A DNA stretch of 64,000 nucleotides, taken from assembly GCA_000993685.1 (NCBI GenBank), contig LBWP01000001.1, positions 9,739 through 73,738 of the forward strand. The letters run 5' to 3'. Position 1 is the stretch's first letter. Each line of letters opens with the position of its first letter. Shown here one piece after another: positions 19,416-29,676 of this stretch. A model generated the notes under the pieces. It searched no databases. It saw only the letters and a program-made list of their open reading frames with translations, and had not been told where the DNA came from. The stretch comes from Candidatus Woesebacteria bacterium GW2011_GWA1_39_21 (GTDB taxonomy: Bacteria; Patescibacteriota; Microgenomatia; UBA8517). The position numbers and the translations under genes were made by a program.

Positions 19416-19921
19416 AAAACATTTTTTGATTTGTTACGTTTAAAATTATACTGATACACCAAGGGAGGGGAGAGAGAAGAGACAACACTATTTTATTATA
19501 GGCTATTGTTTGAGCGGTACATTTTTCACGGATAATAAAAGTTATTTTCACATTATTATAAGATATGACAATCAATCGAAAATAACCTGAAGATCTTGCT
19601 CGCTTTTTTCTGACGATCACCTTGATAGAAGCTATATGTGATATAGTTTGATATACAAGGTTGTTTCTCTAAAGACGTGACTATCAAACCTAATTGTGGA
19701 TAACTTCATATTTAATTTTGCATAGATTGAGGACTCTTGAGGTAGAGTAAAGTGACTTTGTGTAATTAAACGTGTTGATGGGCTTGTTGTTTGTATTCTA
19801 GTAAGAGGCTTTGTCGGCGGAGAGTGACAGTAGAAATCCCTTACTACTTCTAACATCGGTCGTTATTTTTAGAAAGTGGATAAGTTTGTTAAGAAGAGCA
19901 GAAGGAACCCGCGTATATATA

Positions 19922-19949
19922 GTGTCGCACAATATAACTTTTACGACGT
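19922..19949 (+). other. dif-like Xer recombination site
   Basis: 11-6-11 layout GTGTCGCACAA-TATAAC-TTTTACGACGT, imperfect inverted arms, 1.2 kb from the xer gene. Confidence 0.55.
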
Positions 19950-20309
19950 AAATACGCATACATGGGGATAGAGTGTGTTTTTCCCGTCTTTTTCGCAAAG
20001 ATTATTTATTAATCTTTTATAACTTATTATTAAATTTAATTTTCTTCTCTACTTATGGTATGTCCTTCAAATATAAAAACCAAAAATAAGCCGAACAAAA
20101 TTTTAACAACCTTCGTCTCCCCCACTTTTTTATTTGATTTCGTGATATGTGCGGAAAATGCCGTAAATACGGCATATTATGCATAATAGTAAGATGATTA
20201 ATTGGTCGTCTTTAATAAATAACAGGCCTTAAAATCGATTTGGTGAAGCCGCTTTTTTGGCTAATTGTTATTATTAATATTTAATTATAAAATCCAAAAA
20301 AATATAAAA

Positions 20310-21065
20310 ATGAAAGTCGAAAGCTCTAGTTATTCGCATAAAGAAATAGAAATTATCGATAAGCTTACAGAAGTTAATCGCGTATTAAAGAAAAATGGTG
20401 TTTCAACAGATGTTGACAGTACAGATTTGCTTTCTGAAGTTACAGCATTGCGAATCTACAACAAAATTACAAATAGTAATAAAGTGTTATCCGATCTTAA
20501 AGACAGATATATTATGGTTCTTTGGTTCAAAGAGCTTGGTTATAAAGACCCTTTGGCGATGGCTATCAAATGCTGGAATGATCCAAATGAGATGCGTAAT
20601 TATCAGCCGTCTCCAGGTTCAGCTATTTTATCAATGTTTTTAAGCAGGTCGGAGGTAGATCTGCATAGAATTACGGCCAGACCGGGAAGCGACGAAATCG
20701 TTGAATCGACATTAGACTGTTATAAACAGCAGATGCCTTGGGTTGACGCGAGATTAATACATATGCAAAAAGGTAAAAAAATCAGTTCGCAGTACAAATA
20801 CGAAACTGTTCCAAAGTATTCAAAATATCATTTTGACGACGCTCAGGAAGAAACTGAAATATTGGCAAGTATGGGCATAATTTGCATATTATTTCCACAA
20901 CCTTGGAATGAAGGCTATGTTTCAAAACAGGATAATCTGCTTACTATTAATAGAGCTCAATCCAAAGGACTTGCTAATTTGGGTGTAAACAGTTCTGATT
21001 TTAAGAGCCAGCCTAAAATGGTTCAGGCATATTTCGTTTTGGCAGACCATATTTTAGGTAGATGA
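20310..21065 (+). CDS. HAD superfamily hydrolase (5'(3')-deoxyribonucleotidase-like)
   Basis: DVDST motif I, ITARP motif II, HFDD motif IV, PQPWN. Confidence 0.6.
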   Translation: MKVESSSYSHKEIEIIDKLTEVNRVLKKNGVSTDVDSTDLLSEVTALRIYNKITNSNKVLSDLKDRYIMVLWFKELGYKDPLAMAIKCWNDPNEMRNYQPSPGSAILSMFLSRSEVDLHRITARPGSDEIVESTLDCYKQQMPWVDARLIHMQKGKKISSQYKYETVPKYSKYHFDDAQEETEILASMGIICILFPQPWNEGYVSKQDNLLTINRAQSKGLANLGVNSSDFKSQPKMVQAYFVLADHILGR

Positions 21066-21076
21066 AAAATATAGTA

Positions 21077-21121
21077 ATGTCGCACAATGATATTGACACA
21101 CGCCTTCTTATATTTTAATAT
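21077..21121 (+). promoter_or_regulatory. xer promoter with adjacent dif half-site
   Basis: TGTCGCACAAT at 21078-21088; TTGACA at 21093-21098, 17 nt spacer, TAATAT at 21116-21121. Confidence 0.55.
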
Positions 21122-21133
21122 TTAACCAGATTG

Positions 21134-22087
21134 ATGCCTGCCGCCAAAAAATCATCAGAAATAGCCAACGAAGTTGAAAAATTTCTTGAATACCTTGAGG
21201 TCGAGAAGGGTTCCTCTCCCCTAACGATAAGAAATTATAAACATTACCTTAATAGATTTATTAATTGGCTTACAGAAGAGAAAATTAGAATGACTTTGAA
21301 AGATATTAACCCGGAAATTATTAGGCAATTTCGAGTTCACCTCTCAAGACTTCCTGGATACAAGGGACAAGGAACGATGAGCCGCAAAACCCAGGGATAC
21401 CATGCAATTGCCCTACGGTCGTTTTTACGATGGTTGACAAAAAATGATTTTGAGGTGATGGCGGCCGACAAGATAGAACTTCCGAAAATTACCGAGCGGC
21501 AGGTAAAGTTTTTAAATGGTGAACAAGTTGAGCGACTTTTGAACGCGCCGACTCTTTCAAACTTGGCCGGAAAGCGCGATAAGGCAATTCTTGAGCTTTT
21601 GTATTCGACAGGTTTGCGTGTCTCAGAACTTTGCAAGTTAAATCGAGATATGATCAGTCTCGACAGGCGTGAGTTTGGGGTTGTCGGAAAAGGCGGCCGT
21701 GGAAGAGTTGTGTTTTTATCAAGGCGTGCGGCTGATTGGATAGAACAGTATTTACAAGCGCGTCCTGATGATTATGCGCCACTTTTTATCAGACACCAGG
21801 GTGAACCAGATCCGACAACCCCCGATGAAAAAATGCGGCTTTCTGTCCGTTCAATTCAGCGGATGATTAAAAAATATGTCCGTAAGGTTCACTTGCCGGT
21901 TGATGCGACACCGCATGTTATGAGGCATAGTTTTGCGACAGATCTGCTTATGGCCGGTGCTGACATTAGATCGGTTCAGGAGATGTTAGGGCATAAAAAC
22001 ATCCAAACGACGCAAATTTATACTCATGTAACCCACAAGCACCTCAAAGATGTTTACGAAGCGTTTCACGGAAAGGGCGGAAATTAA
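21134..22087 (+). CDS. xerC: XerC/D-family tyrosine recombinase
   Basis: RDKAILELLYSTGLRVSEL, HVMRHSFAT, LGHKNIQTTQIYTH. Confidence 0.9.
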   Translation: MPAAKKSSEIANEVEKFLEYLEVEKGSSPLTIRNYKHYLNRFINWLTEEKIRMTLKDINPEIIRQFRVHLSRLPGYKGQGTMSRKTQGYHAIALRSFLRWLTKNDFEVMAADKIELPKITERQVKFLNGEQVERLLNAPTLSNLAGKRDKAILELLYSTGLRVSELCKLNRDMISLDRREFGVVGKGGRGRVVFLSRRAADWIEQYLQARPDDYAPLFIRHQGEPDPTTPDEKMRLSVRSIQRMIKKYVRKVHLPVDATPHVMRHSFATDLLMAGADIRSVQEMLGHKNIQTTQIYTHVTHKHLKDVYEAFHGKGGN

Positions 22088-22147
22088 CGTTTGACCCACA
22101 AATATAACAAATAAAATTGACGGCTTTTTGGTAAACCGCCACGGGAT

Positions 22148-24805
22148 TTAATCTGACAGTTTGTTTTTCTCTTTTTCTGGTACTTTTGAGGTCCTGCTTT
22201 CTTCTTCTTGCTCGCCATCTTTGGCCAGTGTGGCGATTGCTGCAACACCGTCAGATTTATCAGAGAAGCGCATCAAAATTACACCCTGCGTTGAACGGCC
22301 CATTTGTGGAATATTTTTAATTGGAAGTTTTATCACCTGTCCAAATTTCGAGGTAATTATAATTTGTTCGATTTTTTCGTTGACGATAACTTCGCCTGTC
22401 AGGTCTCCAGTTTTTGTGTTAACAACAGCCGCTTTGACACCCTTCCCTGCTCTTTTTTGAATGGGAAAAAGATGAAGTGGTGTTCTTTTACCTAGCCCGT
22501 TTTCCGAAACGGTTAAAAGATCTCTAAAAGATTTTTTGCGTTTGTCGTTATGCTCGGCGTGTTTTTCTGGAAAGATTTCCATTCCGATGACACGATCGTT
22601 TTGATCAAGTCTTATTCCACGCATTCCCGATGTCGCTCTTCCCATTGCCCGCGTGTTACTTTCCGGAAAACGAATTGATTTCCCCTTTTTAGTAATTAAT
22701 AGAATGTGGTCGTCGCCAGTTGTTTCTTTGACAGTAACAACTGAGTCATCGGAATCGAGTCGAATAGCGATAATTCCGGATGCTCTAATATTTTTAAATT
22801 CAGCTACTTCCGTCTTTTTAACAATACCCTTTGCAGAAGCAATAACCAGATTTTTCCCAACCTCACTAGTTGGTAAAAACGACATAACCTCTTCACCCTG
22901 TTCGATGTTCAGGATATTTACAATTGCCTGTCCTTTTGCCTGCCTACTCGCCTCCTGGACATCCCACACTTTGGTACCGTAGACCTTCCCTTTATTGGTG
23001 AAGAACAAGAGCGTATCGTGCGTCGAAGCGGAAACTAAATGTGAAATCTCGTCTTCTTCTTTTGTTGTCATTCCAACAACACCCTTACCGCCCCTGCGCT
23101 GTGCTTTGTAGGTGCTTCTTGGAACTCTTTTGATGTAACCAGTCTTGGTAATTGTAACCAGAGTTTCCTCTTTAGGAATCAGGTCTTCTTCTGAAAATTC
23201 GCCGATTTTTTGTTTGTAAATTTTTGTCATTCTTTTATCACCGAATTTTTCCCTTAGAGTTGTAAGCTCATCGGTAATAATGTCAAGGATCTTTTGTGGG
23301 TTTTTCAGAATTGCGATAAGTCTATCGATCAGTTTTTTAATTTCCTCGTATTCCTTTTCGATCTTCTCCCGTTCGAGTGCGGCCAGACGTCGCAGTTGCA
23401 TATCGAGAATTGCCGTTGCCTGAATTTCTGAAAGTTTAAAACGGGTGACGAGATTGTTTTTCGCATCTTCCTGGGTTTTGCTGCCTCTGATGGTTGCGAT
23501 GACCTCATCAAGATTGTCGAGAGCGATTTTTAATCCTTCTAAAATATGAGCTCTTCTTTTTGCTTCCGTCAGCTCAAAAATTGTTCGCCTTGTAATGACT
23601 TTTTGACGGTGTTTAATATACTCAACTAATATTTGTTTGAGATTTAAGGTGTGCGGGACTCCGTCAACAAGCGCAACGAAATTTGCCGGAAAAGACGACT
23701 GCAACTTTGTGTATTTATATAAATTATTGAGCACCGATTTGGGTTTTGCGTCGCGTTTGAGATCGACGACAACGCGCATTCCGTCCTTGTCTGATTCATC
23801 GCGCAAATCGGAGATTCCGACCAACTTTTTCTCTTTAACAAGGTCGGCAATCTTTCTTACCAGTTCTGATTTATTGGCCTGGTATGGGATTTGGCTAATT
23901 AAAATATGCGTTTTTCCGTCTTTGGCCTCCGTTATCTCGGCTACACCACGGACAACGATTCTTCCTCTTCCGGTTGAATAGACTTCTTTTAAGGACTCCC
24001 CGTCATAGATTGTTGCACCGGTTGGAAAGTCTGGCCCGGGGATAAATTTGATTAATTCTTCGATCGTGATATCACTATCGAAACTGATATTTGAAGGTGT
24101 AACATCATCGTTTGATAATTTCTTTTCCTCTCCGGCTGCGACAAGATTAATTTTTTTGATGACAAAATCCGTCTTTTCTTCGACACTGTTTGTGTCGCTA
24201 ACGACATGTCCTTTTTTAATGGTTTCAACAATCCCGTTGACAATTTCACTCAAGTTATGCGGAGGGATTTTTGTCGCCATTCCAACAGCAATTCCTTCTG
24301 ATCCCATTAGTAGTAAGTTAGGAAGAAGTGACGGTAGGAAGACGGGTTCCTTTAAGGTTGTATCAAAATTGTCGATTAACTCGACCGTATCTTTTTCGAT
24401 GTCTTTAAGCATCCATTCGGAGATTTGGGCGAGCTTAACTTCCGTGTAGCGCATTGCTGCGGCGGGATCTCCATCCACAGAGCCAAAGTTTCCTTGTCCT
24501 TTGATTAATGGGTAGCGGAGTGAAAATGTCTGCGCCATACGAACAAGTGCGTCGTAAACCGCAACGTCGCCGTGGGGGTGGTATTTACCCAAAACCTCAC
24601 CGACAACTTTGGCGCTTTTTGTAAAAGCTGAAGAGTGTGTTAAACCCATTTGCTGCATGGCGTATAAAATCCGTCGGTGGACTGGTTTTAATCCGTCGCG
24701 AACATCTGGAAGCGCTCTTTCGACGATTACGCTCATTGCATAATCAACGTATGATTTCGCCAGTTCGTCGGTGATTTCTACAGGTCTAATTTTTCCTATA
24801 TCCAT
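22148..24805 (-). CDS. gyrA: DNA gyrase subunit A
   Basis: [25 protein letters not shown], GyrA-box QRRGGKG. Confidence 0.97.
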   Translation of the reverse strand: MDIGKIRPVEITDELAKSYVDYAMSVIVERALPDVRDGLKPVHRRILYAMQQMGLTHSSAFTKSAKVVGEVLGKYHPHGDVAVYDALVRMAQTFSLRYPLIKGQGNFGSVDGDPAAAMRYTEVKLAQISEWMLKDIEKDTVELIDNFDTTLKEPVFLPSLLPNLLLMGSEGIAVGMATKIPPHNLSEIVNGIVETIKKGHVVSDTNSVEEKTDFVIKKINLVAAGEEKKLSNDDVTPSNISFDSDITIEELIKFIPGPDFPTGATIYDGESLKEVYSTGRGRIVVRGVAEITEAKDGKTHILISQIPYQANKSELVRKIADLVKEKKLVGISDLRDESDKDGMRVVVDLKRDAKPKSVLNNLYKYTKLQSSFPANFVALVDGVPHTLNLKQILVEYIKHRQKVITRRTIFELTEAKRRAHILEGLKIALDNLDEVIATIRGSKTQEDAKNNLVTRFKLSEIQATAILDMQLRRLAALEREKIEKEYEEIKKLIDRLIAILKNPQKILDIITDELTTLREKFGDKRMTKIYKQKIGEFSEEDLIPKEETLVTITKTGYIKRVPRSTYKAQRRGGKGVVGMTTKEEDEISHLVSASTHDTLLFFTNKGKVYGTKVWDVQEASRQAKGQAIVNILNIEQGEEVMSFLPTSEVGKNLVIASAKGIVKKTEVAEFKNIRASGIIAIRLDSDDSVVTVKETTGDDHILLITKKGKSIRFPESNTRAMGRATSGMRGIRLDQNDRVIGMEIFPEKHAEHNDKRKKSFRDLLTVSENGLGKRTPLHLFPIQKRAGKGVKAAVVNTKTGDLTGEVIVNEKIEQIIITSKFGQVIKLPIKNIPQMGRSTQGVILMRFSDKSDGVAAIATLAKDGEQEEESRTSKVPEKEKNKLSD

Positions 24806-24911
24806 AAAATGAGTTTATATTCTCTTAACAAGAATTGCCTGCAACTATTAAATGCTTTGTCTGATTGTGTGGCACTTCACCACGACAATGATTGTACACA
24901 AGCTATTAATT

Positions 24912-25802
24912 TTAGCCAAGTTTAGCTTCAGTTACAAGTTGACTTTTCGTTTTTTTGTTGAAAATTACAATGCCTGATGTTAATGAAATTAAGCCAAAGA
25001 CGGTAAAAATATAGACGAGTGGTGTTGCGTACAATTGTACGAGCGTTCCTGCAAGGATTTCTGTCCAGCCGGTTTTAATAAATGCCGTTCCTTCGGTGAA
25101 GACGTTGTTGGCAGTAAATAGTATCCAGGCAATTAATAAAACTCCAATACCGATAAAGAATAACAATTTTCCCAGTACTTGGCTTCTGCCACCCTTTTTA
25201 TAAAGGACAACATAAATCACAATTAACAAAGTTTGCGAAACAATTGATGCGATTAGAGAAATAGTCAGATACGTATGGGTTTTGGCGAGTTTTTGAATAA
25301 CCGACAAATTTTGCGTTGTATCTGAGCCTCTTTGCTTAAGTATGTCTTTGGCGCTAACTTGACCGTTTTTGAGGTAGTCAGGAATTTGTGAAAGGGTTTG
25401 CTCCGATAACCCCCAATCTTTTATTGGTAGATAAAAGATTAACTCATTTTTATTACTACCAAGATAACTCAAGATACTGCCAATATTTTGCTGAAGAAAG
25501 TTTTTGACATTCGCCTCATTAATAAAGGAAGTGTAATTTTCGATTTGGCTATCGATTTGTTGTCTTTCGCCGACCGTTAATTTACTATAATCTTCAGATT
25601 GATTTACTTGATTAATTAAAGTCTCCCTTGCTGCTTCCTTTACCGCCTTTGTAAGGTTTTTATACGTATCGTTGCGTTGCAGGGAATAGACATAAAAAAC
25701 TTCGTTTAGGACGATAAATTTCACAAAAAAGATAAGCAATGTCGTTAGCGATAAAAGAAAAACCATAATGAAAGATATTATTTTTAATAGCGAAGAGATC
25801 AT
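24912..25802 (-). CDS. Hypothetical membrane protein
   Basis: One N-terminal and three C-terminal TM segments. Confidence 0.65.
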   Translation of the reverse strand: MISSLLKIISFIMVFLLSLTTLLIFFVKFIVLNEVFYVYSLQRNDTYKNLTKAVKEAARETLINQVNQSEDYSKLTVGERQQIDSQIENYTSFINEANVKNFLQQNIGSILSYLGSNKNELIFYLPIKDWGLSEQTLSQIPDYLKNGQVSAKDILKQRGSDTTQNLSVIQKLAKTHTYLTISLIASIVSQTLLIVIYVVLYKKGGRSQVLGKLLFFIGIGVLLIAWILFTANNVFTEGTAFIKTGWTEILAGTLVQLYATPLVYIFTVFGLISLTSGIVIFNKKTKSQLVTEAKLG

Positions 25803-25810
25803 ATTATTAG

Positions 25811-26470
25811 TTAATGGGTTTGTTCCCCGTGTGGAATTTTCAGCCCGATATATCGAATGAAAGTAGCATTTTCTGTTTCGTGTGTTTGCTCTGACGCATC
25901 GAGAACTACAGGTTTAAACAAACCATCGGTTTCCTTTTGCACTTCTTCAATTGTAAAAAACCTTTCGACGATTCCCTGTGGTGTTTGGTAGAAATTTTCA
26001 TCGAGTTTAAGGGAATTCAAAATCTCGGGATCTTCTTTTGATTTTAAAAGAGTCGCAAAGCTACCCCCGTCTTTGAGTACCCGATGTATTTCTCGAAAAA
26101 GTTGGTCAGTAATTTCATGGCTGAAGTAATGTAAAACTGCATGGGCGTAGCAAATATCAAACTGTTCGTTGGCGAAAGGGAGAGGTTTTTTAAGATCGAC
26201 GTTTTGGTAATCAATGTTCATCAGTTTTTGCATCGTCGATTCCCATTTGGAAATTTCCAAGGCTTTGTCGGCGAAATCGGTACTAACAACGAAGTATCCA
26301 TGTTGGGCGAAGTAGCGTGTATCTTTGCCAATCCCGGCGCCAAGTTCCAACACTCTTCCTTCTTTTGGATAATAGCTAATGGCAAACTGGGCAAAGATTG
26401 AAGGTGTATCTTCCCATCCATCGTCATCTATTTTCTGCCACCATTTTTCCCAGAATTCTTTTGTGTCCAT
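25811..26470 (-). CDS. Class I SAM-dependent methyltransferase
   Basis: VLELGAGIG, FDICYAHAVLHYF, RVLKDGG. Confidence 0.9.
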   Translation of the reverse strand: MDTKEFWEKWWQKIDDDGWEDTPSIFAQFAISYYPKEGRVLELGAGIGKDTRYFAQHGYFVVSTDFADKALEISKWESTMQKLMNIDYQNVDLKKPLPFANEQFDICYAHAVLHYFSHEITDQLFREIHRVLKDGGSFATLLKSKEDPEILNSLKLDENFYQTPQGIVERFFTIEEVQKETDGLFKPVVLDASEQTHETENATFIRYIGLKIPHGEQTH

Positions 26471-26578
26471 TATTTTATATAATATGTATAATTGATTTTA
26501 CTAATTTTAGATACAACATCAATAGCGAATGTGTATTTTTCATCCTCCATACTTTACAAGTTATTTACAATTACAATT

Positions 26579-27304
26579 TTAACCCGATTCGAATTTCATA
26601 TGTCTGAATGTTGGATCAACAGAAGTCGGCACTTTTTTTCCGGTAATCGCAAACATCCGAATATCTTTATCTGAACCATCAATTCGGATGTCTTCCAACC
26701 ACTTCCCTTCGGATATGAGTTTATCTCTTGTTTTATTTAATAGAGCTATAACTTCAACACACTCTTTTTCTGAAGGAATGATACCGTCGGTATATAACGA
26801 TGAGTAAAAGTTTGTGGTTGAAAAATATGATGGAATTACAGGACATCCATTATTTCTAAGAAGTTCGTTGTGTATTAAACGCTCTGGTCCTGTGATATCA
26901 ATAAATTTCATATAAACTCCAGCTAGTAAGATGTCTTTGTGTTTAAAATACACTGCAGTGGAAAAATTAGCGTTATCCAATAATCGCAGCGGCTTTTTAA
27001 TACCCATAGAGTATTCAAGTAGTGTTTTCAGACCCTGTTGGTCGTCAATGAGTTTTGATTTTTCAGGTAAACAAATTTCAAAAGGATACCTCTTTTCAGT
27101 AAGGGTGTCTTTTACGAAAAGATTAGGTATTGATAAGATAGAATTTCCAAATTCATCTTTTAGCCACTCGTCGCTGATTAAAGCCTTGTTAATCCCGCCA
27201 GTCTGTAGTTCGCGTTTAATGTCAATTTTTCCAATCTGATCATAAAAAATCCAATCTCTCCAACTATTTGAAAATTGCTCGACTCGTTTTCTTTCTCTAA
27301 ACAT
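26579..27304 (-). CDS. Hypothetical protein
   Basis: 241 aa ORF, no confident motif. Confidence 0.6.
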   Translation of the reverse strand: MFRERKRVEQFSNSWRDWIFYDQIGKIDIKRELQTGGINKALISDEWLKDEFGNSILSIPNLFVKDTLTEKRYPFEICLPEKSKLIDDQQGLKTLLEYSMGIKKPLRLLDNANFSTAVYFKHKDILLAGVYMKFIDITGPERLIHNELLRNNGCPVIPSYFSTTNFYSSLYTDGIIPSEKECVEVIALLNKTRDKLISEGKWLEDIRIDGSDKDIRMFAITGKKVPTSVDPTFRHMKFESG

Positions 27305-27444
27305 ACGGATTAAGTATTTTAACTATAAAAAGGGTAAAATTCTACTTTAATAGAGAATGTTTTTAAATATGTCTTGAAGAGTTCCTGCAAATATTGCGAA
27401 TCAATTAACCTTTAAAAAAAGCGGTTCAAAATTAAATTAAGATA

Positions 27445-29556
27445 TTACATTACAGATTTTTGTGATCTTGCCAGAGCGTAAAGAAGTACTCCGAAAGAGA
27501 GGATGATAAGTGTCCAATGGGTGGTTGTTAGTGTTTTTGTTGCAACAACCATGGGTGCAATAAGAAGAGCTACCAAATTCATAACTTTAATTAGCGGATT
27601 AACGGCCGGTCCGGCGGTGTCTTTGAGTGGATCACCGACTGTATCTCCGACAACGGTTGCTTTGTGCGCGTCCGAACCTTTACCTCCGAAAACTCCTTCT
27701 TCAATCATCTTTTTCGCATTATCCCATGCGCCGCCAGTGTTGGTCATAAAAACCGCTAAAAGTTGTCCTGTAAGAATTGTACCTGCCAAATAACCACCAA
27801 GAGCTTCAGCCTTAAGTAGAAATCCGACCAAAACTGGGACAATGATTGCAACAAGCGCAGGTGTCGCAAGAGCATCTAAGGCTGCTTTCGTTGTCAGATC
27901 AACAACCCTAGCATAATCTGGTTTTTGTGTCCCCTTCATAATTCCTGGCATCTCTTTGAACTGTCTTCTAACCTCGTTAATAACTGCAAAGCATGAATTT
28001 GAAACAGCTCTGATTGTCAGTGAGGAGAACAAAAATGGAATTGCGCCACCAATTAGGAATCCGACAAAGACAACGGGTAGCGAAATATTAATTCCCGTTA
28101 AATGAGTGTCTGTAAGGTATGATTCAAAAAGCGATACTGCGGCAACGACGGCAGAAGCAATCGCAAAACCTTTTGTCGTTGCTTTTGTTGTGTTTCCGAT
28201 CGAATCAAGTTTTGCCAAAATTCCTAATGCTTTTCCTTTGAGCCCCGCCAACTCAGAAAGGCCTTGAGCGTTATCCGCAATTGGTCCGTATGAATCCATT
28301 GAAACAATCAAACCTGTTGTCGTAAGCATTCCCATACCGGCTAAGGCCACACCGTAAGCGGCTGTTAATGGGTCGTTGAATAGAAGGTATGACAAAAGAA
28401 TCGTCAGTGCGATTGCAAGGATTTGCCATACTGTTGACGAGAATCCTGACACCAGCCCTGAAAGAATAACGGTTGCCGGACCCGTTTGTGACTGTTTGAC
28501 AATATCTTTTACGGGTGCGTGATTGCCCGTCGCGTGATCGGTCAAAAGGAAAATGACTACGGAAAGAATGATTCCGATTGTTGTTGCGATTGCGAGTTTC
28601 GGTTCATGGACCAAATAGTTTGAAAGAAAGAAGAAGCCAACTATTGAAATGACTGTAGAAATTCCGAAGGCTTTTAGAATAGCCATCATTCCTTCACCGA
28701 TTTGTGATTTGCCTTTTGCGTTGACGCTGTAAATTCCAATCACAGAAGTTACGACACCGAGAGCCCTAACGGCAAGTGGAAAGAGTACTCCGGGAAGTCC
28801 GAAGGTTGCCCCACCTAATATCATTGCGGCAACAAGTGTGACTTCGTAACTCTCAAAAAGATCTGCTGCCATTCCTGCACAATCTCCGACATTGTCACCG
28901 ACTAGGTCAGCAATAACAGCGGCGTTTCTGGGGTCGTCTTCAGGAATCCCTTTTTCAACTTTTCCAACTAGATCGGCACCAACGTCTGCAGCTTTTGTAT
29001 AAATTCCTCCTCCGACCCTCATAAAGAGTGCAATCAGTGATCCTCCGAAGCCAAATCCGATAAGGATTTCTGTTGCTAATTCTCGATAATGCCAGTAAAT
29101 AATTGTTGCACCCAAAAGTCCGAGCCCGACGGTTAACATACCTGTTGTCGCGCCAGCTTTAAAAGCCAAAGCCAAAGCTTCGCCAAAACCCTTTTTTGCT
29201 TCATTTGTAACCCTAACATTTGCTCTTGTTGCAATATTCATTCCTACTGTCCCAACGAGAGCTGAAAAGAATGCGCCCAGTAAAAATGCAACAGACCTTC
29301 CTATCGCCAACTCTGGGGTTTTACCTGTGAAATACAAAAAGAAGGAAAGAAGTAAAATGATTGGGACGATTGTTTTGAACTGTCGTTTAAGATATGCATT
29401 TGCTCCATTTTGAATTGCCAAGCCAACTTCTTGAACCTCTTTATCTCCTGTTGAGAATGACAAGACGTGTCTTGCAAGAAAGAAGGCTACACCGATGCCT
29501 GCGACAGATGTTAGAAGAACAACAGTCAAAAGCATGTTGATTTGTTGTATATCCAT
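27445..29556 (-). CDS. hppA: Membrane proton-translocating pyrophosphatase (K+-independent type)
   Basis: GGIYTKAADVGADLVGKVE, EDDPRN, GDNVGD, GNTTKA, GDTVGDPLKD. Confidence 0.95.
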   Translation of the reverse strand: MDIQQINMLLTVVLLTSVAGIGVAFFLARHVLSFSTGDKEVQEVGLAIQNGANAYLKRQFKTIVPIILLLSFFLYFTGKTPELAIGRSVAFLLGAFFSALVGTVGMNIATRANVRVTNEAKKGFGEALALAFKAGATTGMLTVGLGLLGATIIYWHYRELATEILIGFGFGGSLIALFMRVGGGIYTKAADVGADLVGKVEKGIPEDDPRNAAVIADLVGDNVGDCAGMAADLFESYEVTLVAAMILGGATFGLPGVLFPLAVRALGVVTSVIGIYSVNAKGKSQIGEGMMAILKAFGISTVISIVGFFFLSNYLVHEPKLAIATTIGIILSVVIFLLTDHATGNHAPVKDIVKQSQTGPATVILSGLVSGFSSTVWQILAIALTILLSYLLFNDPLTAAYGVALAGMGMLTTTGLIVSMDSYGPIADNAQGLSELAGLKGKALGILAKLDSIGNTTKATTKGFAIASAVVAAVSLFESYLTDTHLTGINISLPVVFVGFLIGGAIPFLFSSLTIRAVSNSCFAVINEVRRQFKEMPGIMKGTQKPDYARVVDLTTKAALDALATPALVAIIVPVLVGFLLKAEALGGYLAGTILTGQLLAVFMTNTGGAWDNAKKMIEEGVFGGKGSDAHKATVVGDTVGDPLKDTAGPAVNPLIKVMNLVALLIAPMVVATKTLTTTHWTLIILSFGVLLYALARSQKSVM

Positions 29557-29676
29557 GTTTCTGATATAAAAAGACTCTTTCAAATAGAGTCTAGGTGTAT
29601 TTTATTAGAGCTTTGTTAAATTATCAATATCTAATTGAATTCTTGTTAAAACAACCGGCTAAAATGTAAACAGATA

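Noticed and set aside
21134-22087. Xer gene as a prophage or integron integrase
   Set aside because: No phage genes or attC array nearby, and it lacks the IntI-specific insertion
22161-24449. Many short antisense ORFs, for example opposite gyrA
   Set aside because: Shadow frames of well-supported genes with no motifs
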